32,800 nucleotides of DNA from an uncultured Candidatus Saccharibacteria bacterium (lineage in GTDB: Bacteria; Patescibacteriota; UBA1384; CAJBMM01), in contig CAZLPY010000002.1 in NCBI GenBank assembly GCA_964561525.1, positions 1 through 32,800 on the forward strand, written 5' to 3'. A model generated the notes under the pieces. That model searched no databases. It worked only from the letters and a program-made list of their open reading frames with translations, and had not been told where the DNA came from. The translations under genes and the position numbers were made by a program. Shown here piece by piece: positions 26,380 through 32,800 of this stretch. Every line of letters starts with the position of its first letter. Positions within the stretch are counted from its first letter, which is position 1.

Positions 26380-27103
26380 ATGTCTTCGCAGCTTGCCACA
26401 TGTACTCAAACATTTCTCGATGCGTATCAACAATCCCTGATTCCTCAATCATCACCGCATGCGGATCGGCAGCGTACGAGACAATGGCTAGCTTATTTTC
26501 GTAAATGAGAATGTCGGAATAGATGTTAGTGGTGCTCGGCAAATAGCGCACCTGCTGCAGTGGCTTTTTCCAGCTTTGATGCTGGGGCAAATTGCGCTGA
26601 TCAGTAACGACAATTTCTCGGGCTTGAATGCCAGCTGCGGCCACTCGCTGCCCAAACTCGATCACGTAATCGCCGAAGATCGGCGTAACAGCATCGGTGC
26701 GATAGATATTGTCGTACGATTTTGCCAGTAATACCTGCTCGTAAATTTGTTTAATACCATCCTTGCCCTCGTAATAACGCACTTTAGGCTTGTGCGGCGC
26801 CCGGTTGTAGATCGATCGCAAATCGGGCAAGGCTGCGGCCACCATCTGGGCTCGTTCTTGGATTAGCTTACTTAAGACTTTTGGATCCTCGGCCACGTAG
26901 CGCCGCCATTTGTTACGTAAGTAGTAGCTAGCCAAGCCTTTTTGCACTAACTCTTCTAAGATGTCGTAGCAGTTGGGCCGTTGAAACCTTGCTTTTTCGG
27001 CAATGGCCGCTACTGGCGAATCTCCCAACTCCAATAAGGCCAGGTAGACCTTACTCTCGCGATCTGATAATCCTGCACTAACCAATAAATGTTCTAAATC
27101 CAT
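26378..27103 (-). CDS. TrmB-like transcriptional regulator (module D), close paralog of module C regulator
   Basis: Same length (241 aa); shares ALLELGDS, RPNCY, RRYVAEDP, YNRAP and YENKLA. Confidence 0.9.
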   Translation of the reverse strand: MDLEHLLVSAGLSDRESKVYLALLELGDSPVAAIAEKARFQRPNCYDILEELVQKGLASYYLRNKWRRYVAEDPKVLSKLIQERAQMVAAALPDLRSIYNRAPHKPKVRYYEGKDGIKQIYEQVLLAKSYDNIYRTDAVTPIFGDYVIEFGQRVAAAGIQAREIVVTDQRNLPQHQSWKKPLQQVRYLPSTTNIYSDILIYENKLAIVSYAADPHAVMIEESGIVDTHREMFEYMWQAAKT

Positions 27104-27112
27104 TATTCCTCA

Positions 27113-27140
27113 CTAGTTGTATAAAATATACTACAAATAG
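27113..27140. promoter_or_regulatory. Palindromic operator upstream of trmB(D)
   Basis: CTAGTTGTA-N10-TACAAATAG, positionally equivalent to the module C operator. Confidence 0.65.
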
Positions 27141-27207
27141 AATAACATCTTCTGTGTTATAGAGCAAATTAAGATCAATTTATGCCGCGAATAGTAAATA
27201 TCATTAT

Positions 27208-27330
27208 GTATAAAAATATTGACTTTTATATCTGAATGTGCTATTATAGTCTATTCGCTGCGGCATACCTGCTGCGGTGAAGTCATTAAACAATCCAGTG
27301 GCGGCGACTGCCCGAACAGTCGCTAAGGAG
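27208..27330 (+). promoter_or_regulatory. Module D cargo promoter, leader hairpin, boxA-like motif and AATCCAGTGG stem-loop
   Basis: TTGACT (27219), 17 bp, TATTAT with extended TG; 12 bp hairpin 27254-27281; GTCATTAAACAA; AATCCAGTGG; GCGACTG-CCCGAA-CAGTCGC; AAGGAG. Confidence 0.78.
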
Positions 27331-27333
27331 AAC

Positions 27334-27924
27334 ATGATGCGCTACCTTGGAATTTTCCTGCTGGTGCTTGCCGCACCAAGCATCGCTCAGACGACGTATG
27401 TGCACCGCATTGATGGTGGGCATGGCCTGGTGCCGAGTCACACCATCGGCGTGGTAACACCATACGGTGAAGGCTGGATCTTTACCTTTCCTGCTTTCCC
27501 AGATGTCGAGTTAGGCAAGCTATTTACCCTCTACAACAGAGGGCCTCACAGTTTGCTTGGTGGAGGCTACGCCGCAACTTGGACAAAGACCAGTCAGTAC
27601 TTTGCGTTGCCCTGGTTAACCTACAATGGCACCTTTGGGCGATGGAAAACTAACATCAACTTGGCCAGCTATCAGCCCCTAAATGGCGGGCCAACCATCT
27701 TTTTCTCAGATGAGAGTAGTGTGGTGCATGAGCTGAAATCTGGCCTTAGTCTGGGCATTGCAACCACTTACTGGTCACAAGCTGGTGCCACTACACCGTG
27801 GCGCTTTGGACCGATTCTGAAGGCCACTCTCAACAAATCCGTGGCCATTTCCGCCCGTTATTTGGGAGTTGGCTCATCCAAGCACGGCGATACCGCTCGG
27901 CTTGAGGTCTCGTTCAGCTTTTAG
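27334..27924 (+). CDS. Secreted beta-strand protein, outer-membrane beta-barrel-like (cargo D1)
   Basis: Start moved to MMRYLGIF; signal peptide ending SIA-Q; PLNGGP.IFFS.ESS shared with cargo A3; ends RLEVSFSF. Confidence 0.72.
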   Translation: MMRYLGIFLLVLAAPSIAQTTYVHRIDGGHGLVPSHTIGVVTPYGEGWIFTFPAFPDVELGKLFTLYNRGPHSLLGGGYAATWTKTSQYFALPWLTYNGTFGRWKTNINLASYQPLNGGPTIFFSDESSVVHELKSGLSLGIATTYWSQAGATTPWRFGPILKATLNKSVAISARYLGVGSSKHGDTARLEVSFSF

Positions 27925-27935
27925 GGAGGATACCG

Positions 27936-28604
27936 ATGAATGATTTTCATCACCTGAACCACCAAATCATGCTGCAAGGTGCGGCGCGAGGTCCGCACAG
28001 TGCAATGGTATGCGGCCTCGAATTCCACCTTGAGGCCCATGTGTTCAGCCCGCTCGACTTCGAGGATCCCGAATTCTTCGCTCGGGAAATTAAGGTAGAA
28101 CCCGGACAATCGTTTTTGGAGGTCGGGTGTGGCCACGGCGCCATCAGCGTCATAAAAGCGCTGCAAGGTGCTAATCCTGTAGTGGCAACTGACTTAAACC
28201 CTGCAGCAGTGTTAAGCACGGTTCGCAATGCAGTGCGGCACGGCGTGGGTGATGTAGTCAGAGTGACCACTGGTGACGTGTACAGTCCGCTAAAACCAGG
28301 AGAGCGATATGATGTGATCTTTGGTAACCTGCCCTACAATATCGTGCCGGATCACGCTGGCTTGGGCATGTACGAACGTGCCTTTTACAACGACGGCACC
28401 ACACTGCAGCATTTCATTGGCCAGTCCCCCGATCATCTTACTTCGGGCGGGCGGCTACTGATCGCCTGGTCGCCGGAGCTCGCAGACCCCTCCACACTCA
28501 ATGAACTGTGCTGGCAGGCTGGATACGAAAGTCGAGTGATCGCCACCATGCAAGCGGTCTCACAGCCCATCCATTTTTGGCTCGTTGAAGCCCGTGCCGA
28601 ATGA
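27936..28604 (+). CDS. Class I SAM-dependent methyltransferase, HemK/PrmC-like (cargo D2)
   Basis: FLEVGCGHG motif I, VATDLNP and YDVIFGNLPY (NPPY-like). Confidence 0.85.
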   Translation: MNDFHHLNHQIMLQGAARGPHSAMVCGLEFHLEAHVFSPLDFEDPEFFAREIKVEPGQSFLEVGCGHGAISVIKALQGANPVVATDLNPAAVLSTVRNAVRHGVGDVVRVTTGDVYSPLKPGERYDVIFGNLPYNIVPDHAGLGMYERAFYNDGTTLQHFIGQSPDHLTSGGRLLIAWSPELADPSTLNELCWQAGYESRVIATMQAVSQPIHFWLVEARAE

Positions 28605-28618
28605 ACAGGCAATCATCA

Positions 28619-28651
28619 ACCTCGCGTCATAACCGACGCGGGGTGTTTTTT
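28619..28651 (+). terminator. Module D terminator, homologous to module C terminator
   Basis: ACCTCGCGTC-ATAACC-GACGCGGGGT-GTTTTTT. Confidence 0.82.
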
Positions 28652-28667
28652 ATATTTGAGTATTCAA

Positions 28668-28883
28668 TTAAGCTGGTTCAAGTCGGTGGTCTTTGAGGTA
28701 GCGAAAGACCTTTTTTGGTAAAATGTCACGCGCGTTTAGAATTTCCACACCTACTGGCCGCCCTTCTTTGTCGTAATCAATAAAAATATCATCCGATAAC
28801 TCCGCAGTCTCAGTGATTGGTCCACGGCTAACGCTGAGATGTATGTACGCAGCATCTACTTTTGCATTATTAGCTGGTTTCAT
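28668..28883 (-). CDS. DUF2283-family protein
   Basis: VDAAYIHL...DIFIDYDKEGRPVGVEILNA. Confidence 0.85.
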   Translation of the reverse strand: MKPANNAKVDAAYIHLSVSRGPITETAELSDDIFIDYDKEGRPVGVEILNARDILPKKVFRYLKDHRLEPA

Positions 28884-28909
28884 GGCTCATCCTTCAGTTA
28901 AAATTGAGC

Positions 28910-29167
28910 TTACGGTCTATATGCATCCTTGCGGTGCCGGACCCGATAAATAATTACCATTTTTTCGTGATCATTAATTTCATAGAGTACTCTATGTTGA
29001 CCTACTCGAACCCGCCAGGCTGTCGACGTGCCCTGTAATTTCTGCGAGCTTGGTGGTCTTGGGTCACGCTCCAGCTGTAGAATTTTCTTCGTTATTAACC
29101 GAAACGTTTCAGGTTGCAATCGCTTAAGATCACGTTCTGCATGACGATCAATTAGGACTTGATACAT
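28910..29167 (-). CDS. relE: RelE/ParE-family type II toxin
   Basis: AERDLKRL, DPRPPSSQKLQG, WRVRVGQHRVLYEI and RVRHRKDAY. Confidence 0.9.
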   Translation of the reverse strand: MYQVLIDRHAERDLKRLQPETFRLITKKILQLERDPRPPSSQKLQGTSTAWRVRVGQHRVLYEINDHEKMVIIYRVRHRKDAYRP

Positions 29168-29366
29168 CGGAAGAATGCTCTTCCAAAAATTCCTCGAAAG
29201 AGCGGAGATGTAACGGCTGTTTTTTCAAGCGGTTCAATTCCTTAATATCACTTAGTTCCTCAGCACGTTCAAGCAAGCGACGATAGTCATCGATACTAAC
29301 GATAACAGACGTCGGCTTGTCGCCTTGATAGATTACATTTGGTTGCTTTAGCGTTCGGCTGCTCAT
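29148..29366 (-). CDS. Antitoxin (Phd/YefM-like)
   Basis: KPTSVIVSIDDYRRLLERAEELSDI; overlaps the toxin start; promoter TTGACA-17-CACAAT with palindrome TTGTGACAA. Confidence 0.8.
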   Translation of the reverse strand: MSSRTLKQPNVIYQGDKPTSVIVSIDDYRRLLERAEELSDIKELNRLKKQPLHLRSFEEFLEEHSSDVSSPN

Positions 29367-29421
29367 AATATGCTCATTGTGACAAATTCCCTTTCACTTG
29401 TCAAAGCACTTGTGATCTCGA

Positions 29422-30915
29422 TCATTCACTACGACGCAGGATTAGCTGCATAGTCTCTTTGGAGATGGCGCCGGTCAGCCAGGCCAGGCCGAGGTAGACG
29501 AGCGATCCGACTACCAGACCAATCAGCGCGTTCGCTTCGCGCAAGGGGATGAGCGCTAGTACCATGCCAAATACCGCCAACAGGGTACGCCACAGGGTGT
29601 CCCACGGCACACGCAGCCGGATAAATTTTGAAAGCAGATAAATCTGCAGCACCAGCACGATCGCTTCAGTAATAATGGTAGTTAAGGCGGCACCTGCGTA
29701 GGACCAGCGCGGAATGAGAATGATATTGGCCACTATGTTAAAGATTACCGCGATCACATTTGGCCACAGTAGCAGGTGCTGAGAGCCGAAAGCGATCACC
29801 GCTTTACCAAAGATGTTGCCAAAAAAATCAATCGTCACCGCAATCAGCAGCATCTGTAAAATAATAATGCCAGAGAAGGCGATAGAATGGCCAAAAATCG
29901 TGCCGGTAAAGGTGGAGACCGAGGCATACTGCGCGTCGGTGATGAATCGCATCAAGGTAGGAGCAAGTACAATGCCGCCACACAACACCGGGAAAGATAA
30001 GAACACCATCGCCTCAACCGCTCGGTGTACCAATGCTTCAGCCCGTTGCTTATCCTCACGCCAGCGATCAGTCAAAGCCACAAACACGATACCCATGAAT
30101 GCAGCCGGGAAAAAGTTTAGGATCTCAATAATTTTGTACGGTGCAGCGTAAATGCCAACCTCGGTACTGGTTTTAAGAATAGAGAGGATGACACTATCGA
30201 TCTTGAAGTAGACTAAAGCAAGCACCGAGACAACGCCAAGCACCGCACTTTGCCGAAATAGCTTATTCCAATAGGGAAAATCGAACTGCAGGCTAAAGGT
30301 GGAGTACGAACGGGCAAAGTACACATTGACTAAAAAGTTCACGATCGCCCCCCACACCAAAGCTGAGACCAACCAGGCCACGTTTAAGTGCCACAATAAG
30401 AAAGGTACTAAAACCACCAGCGAGACAACACGCCCAATCAGCTCCGCCACCACTGGGCGATCCATGCGATAGTGAGTTTGGAAAATGGCTACGTATGTCA
30501 TGTTGAGTGACTGCCAAAAAATGGCCAGTGCCACTACCAGTACACCTAGCTTGACGGTGGGGGTAAGGATCGGAATAAGGCCAGTTGGTACTAAATACAC
30601 TGCAACCACGGCGCAGGCGAGTACCATAAGTGCGAATACTGAACGGAGCGCCACCACATTGCCCATAGTGTGATTGGTTTTGGCGGTATCGTTTGGATGT
30701 GCAGCGAGCTCACGCACCAAAATCCAGTAAAATCCAAAATCAGCTAAGGTGCCAAAAAAGGCGATGTAGTTCAAAATAGCGGCGTATTCACCGTAGCCAG
30801 CTGGCCCAAGATGGGTCGTGAGCAGCTTGACCGTTACAAATGAAATGAGCGTACCAACCAGCCGCCCAATCATCTGTACACTCGAATTAAAAGCCACTTT
30901 CCGCGTTAAACTCAT
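29422..30915 (-). CDS. wzx: Wzx-type polysaccharide flippase (MOP superfamily)
   Basis: LGPAGYGEY, ADFG, YFKIDSVILS, EVGIYAAPYK and NIILIPRWSYAGAA; many TM helices. Confidence 0.92.
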   Translation of the reverse strand: MSLTRKVAFNSSVQMIGRLVGTLISFVTVKLLTTHLGPAGYGEYAAILNYIAFFGTLADFGFYWILVRELAAHPNDTAKTNHTMGNVVALRSVFALMVLACAVVAVYLVPTGLIPILTPTVKLGVLVVALAIFWQSLNMTYVAIFQTHYRMDRPVVAELIGRVVSLVVLVPFLLWHLNVAWLVSALVWGAIVNFLVNVYFARSYSTFSLQFDFPYWNKLFRQSAVLGVVSVLALVYFKIDSVILSILKTSTEVGIYAAPYKIIEILNFFPAAFMGIVFVALTDRWREDKQRAEALVHRAVEAMVFLSFPVLCGGIVLAPTLMRFITDAQYASVSTFTGTIFGHSIAFSGIIILQMLLIAVTIDFFGNIFGKAVIAFGSQHLLLWPNVIAVIFNIVANIILIPRWSYAGAALTTIITEAIVLVLQIYLLSKFIRLRVPWDTLWRTLLAVFGMVLALIPLREANALIGLVVGSLVYLGLAWLTGAISKETMQLILRRSE

Positions 30916-30944
30916 GGATGCATTGTAACAGAGATCAATGCGAT

Positions 30945-31035
30945 GCTAAATGACCAATTTCTAATTCCTAATTTCTAATTAGTCATTACTACATTGGGAT
31001 TTCTTTTGATATTCGATATTAGAAATTCGACATTT
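30945..31035. repeat. Heptamer array, inverted
   Basis: AAATGAC CAATTTC TAATTCC TAATTTC TAATTAG TCATTAC ... GATATTC GATATTA GAAATTC GACATTT. Confidence 0.78.
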
Positions 31036-31091
31036 AAGTTTGTCTCTCTTGCACAATGTGTTAAAATAGTACGACGAGTGGAGGGATAAGC

Positions 31092-32612
31092 GTGGCTAAG
31101 CGTGTAGTACGATTTTTGGTTCTCATTAGTGTCTTCTTGACACCAGTCATGCTGAACGTGGTTCAGCATCCTGCGTCACGAGCGCACGCGGCGTCGTACG
31201 ATGTTAATAACCTAATCAATGACCCGACGTTCATCGATATTAATTCAATGAGTGCCAGTGACATCCAGAGCTTTTTGAATTCGAAGGGTAGCTTCTTAAA
31301 GGACTTTAGCGAAGGAGGACGCAGTGCTGCTCAGATTATCTATGACGCTTCCCACGGCCACGGACAAGCGTCTGGCAGCGCCTTTGGCATTACCGTTGAC
31401 GCCAACACCGGCACAGTCAGTCCGCGCGTCATTTTAACCACCCTGCAAAAAGAGCAGGGCTTGCTCACTATGGTGACGCGTAACGATGGGAGCCTAAACG
31501 CAGCGATGGGCTACGGCTGCCCCGATTCAGGTGGATGCGACCCTAAGTACGCCGGCTTTACCAATCAAGTAGAGTGGGGAGCGTGGCAGCTGCGTTACAA
31601 TTACGAGGCCGGGTTTAAGGATGCAAGCTGGAGATCGACCAATTATGGTTCGGCTACGTTCCCAGCTAGCCCAGGCTATCCCGGACAAACCGTTACCATC
31701 GATAGCCAATCGGTCACCTTTGCCAACGCCGCCACCGCGGCTCTCTACCGCTACACGCCCCACATCAACTCGTTTTACACCCTGTTTACTACTTACTTTG
31801 TGCCCTACAGCTATCGCTGGATTGATCAAAACGCCTACGCTACCGTAGCTCCATCTGGTGCCTACGATTTTGTCTTAAGGGTGCGAAACACTGGTTCCTC
31901 GACCTGGCAAAAAGGCACCGTCAATTTAGCTACTGCAGCCGCTCACGACCGCATTCCGGTGTTTACGCGTGAAGGGCCGGCCGGAGCGGGGTATACGAGC
32001 GGCTGGATTTCGCCTAATCGCATTCAGTTTGAAGAATCATCAGTCGCTCCAAACGCCGTCGCTACGTATTCATTTTGGATGCGCAATGACAACGTCTCAC
32101 CGGGCAAGTATCGAGAATACTTTCAAGCGGTGAACGACGGACCAAATGGGCAATGGATGGAGGATTACGGTATTTATTGGGAAGTCACCGCAGTCACGAC
32201 GGCTGATGCTTATCACTATCAATGGCAGTCGCAAAATGCCCAACCTACCCAAACGATATCGAGTCTGACGCACGGACAAGCGTATCAATTTAGCGTTAAC
32301 CTTAAAAACACCGGCGGCTTAACCTGGCAAAAGGGGGTGGTGAACTTGGGCACCAGCCACAGCCGTGACCGCATCCCCGTATTTACCCGTGAAAGCAGCG
32401 ATGGCAGCCCCTCAGGCTGGATCTCACCTAACCGCATCACCATGCAACAGCAAAATGTGCCGCCCGGCGGAACTGCCACCTACACCTTTTGGATGCGCAA
32501 TGACAATGTGGCAGCAGGCCCTCATCGCGAGTATTTTCAACTAGTAAATGACGGCCCAGGCGGTGACTGGATGGAGGATTACGGTATTTATTGGGATGTA
32601 CCAACCAATTAG
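31092..32612 (+). CDS. Secreted surface protein: conserved N-terminal domain plus two tandem Ig-like (NBR1-like) repeats
   Basis: Signal peptide ending AHA-A; LQKEQGL, GYGCPD and ATAALYRYTPH; repeats at about 31806-32190 and 32211-32600 (NTG..TWQKG...FWMRNDNV...WMEDYGIYW). Confidence 0.75.
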   Translation: MAKRVVRFLVLISVFLTPVMLNVVQHPASRAHAASYDVNNLINDPTFIDINSMSASDIQSFLNSKGSFLKDFSEGGRSAAQIIYDASHGHGQASGSAFGITVDANTGTVSPRVILTTLQKEQGLLTMVTRNDGSLNAAMGYGCPDSGGCDPKYAGFTNQVEWGAWQLRYNYEAGFKDASWRSTNYGSATFPASPGYPGQTVTIDSQSVTFANAATAALYRYTPHINSFYTLFTTYFVPYSYRWIDQNAYATVAPSGAYDFVLRVRNTGSSTWQKGTVNLATAAAHDRIPVFTREGPAGAGYTSGWISPNRIQFEESSVAPNAVATYSFWMRNDNVSPGKYREYFQAVNDGPNGQWMEDYGIYWEVTAVTTADAYHYQWQSQNAQPTQTISSLTHGQAYQFSVNLKNTGGLTWQKGVVNLGTSHSRDRIPVFTRESSDGSPSGWISPNRITMQQQNVPPGGTATYTFWMRNDNVAAGPHREYFQLVNDGPGGDWMEDYGIYWDVPTN

Positions 32613-32624
32613 GCGTGGGATGGC

Positions 32625-32800
32625 ATGAAACCAAAATCGGCTGCACTACTGTTTAAAATTGGCACCGCCGTTTTGGTGTGGGCCGTCTTAGCCGGAAGCG
32701 CCGTTGGATTACTAAAGCATACAGAAACCGATCAAGCCCATCACCACGTGCCACAATATGCCCATCGCGTTTGCTTAACCAATGTAGATACCCTTCGACA
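32625..32800 (+). CDS. Partial CDS with N-terminal TM/signal segment, truncated by the window edge
   Basis: MKPKSAALLFKIGTAVLVWAVLAGSAVGLL..., open to the end of the window. Confidence 0.55.
   Translation, partial: MKPKSAALLFKIGTAVLVWAVLAGSAVGLLKHTETDQAHHHVPQYAHRVCLTNVDTLR

Noticed and set aside
25309-27333. Longest-ORF starts at 25309, 25918 and 27277 (likewise 11790 and 12224)
   Set aside because: They fall in -10 boxes or leader hairpins; downstream ATGs have SD motifs and, where relevant, proper signal peptides
31806-32600. Diversity-generating retroelement template/variable repeat pair
   Set aside because: Both repeats are in-frame domains of one protein, differences are not adenine-specific, and no reverse transcriptase is present

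Overview
Bacterial chromosomal segment (genetic code 11). Gene content and style point to a Patescibacteria/CPR genome (inference): TrmB-like regulator expansion, VanW protein, membrane pyrophosphatase, heptamer intergenic arrays and many apparently leaderless genes. The backbone is housekeeping and cell-surface genes: groES, hppA, eno, two GT4, a degenerate GT2, two O-antigen ligase-family proteins, a Wzx flippase, two GH-A paralogs and a secreted Ig-repeat protein. Inserted into it are four similar modules (A 11102-16203, B 16206-17790, C 24452-26379, D 26378-28651). In each, a TrmB-like regulator is divergent from a cargo unit built as sigma70 promoter, leader hairpin, boxA-like motif, cargo gene(s), terminator. 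Three cargo leaders share an AATCYAGTGG plus covarying stem-loop motif next to the RBS. Modules C and D have paralog-specific palindromic operators and homologous terminators but unrelated cargo. Three cargos are signal-peptide proteins that look like outer-membrane beta-barrels, which is odd for a presumed monoderm. Module A also carries a polar amino-acid ABC transporter whose ATPase is fused to a TrmB effector-like domain closely resembling the adjacent regulator. Two toxin-antitoxin loci abut module ends. No rRNA, tRNA, CRISPR array, integrase or transposase was recognised. All alignments and pairings were done by eye.
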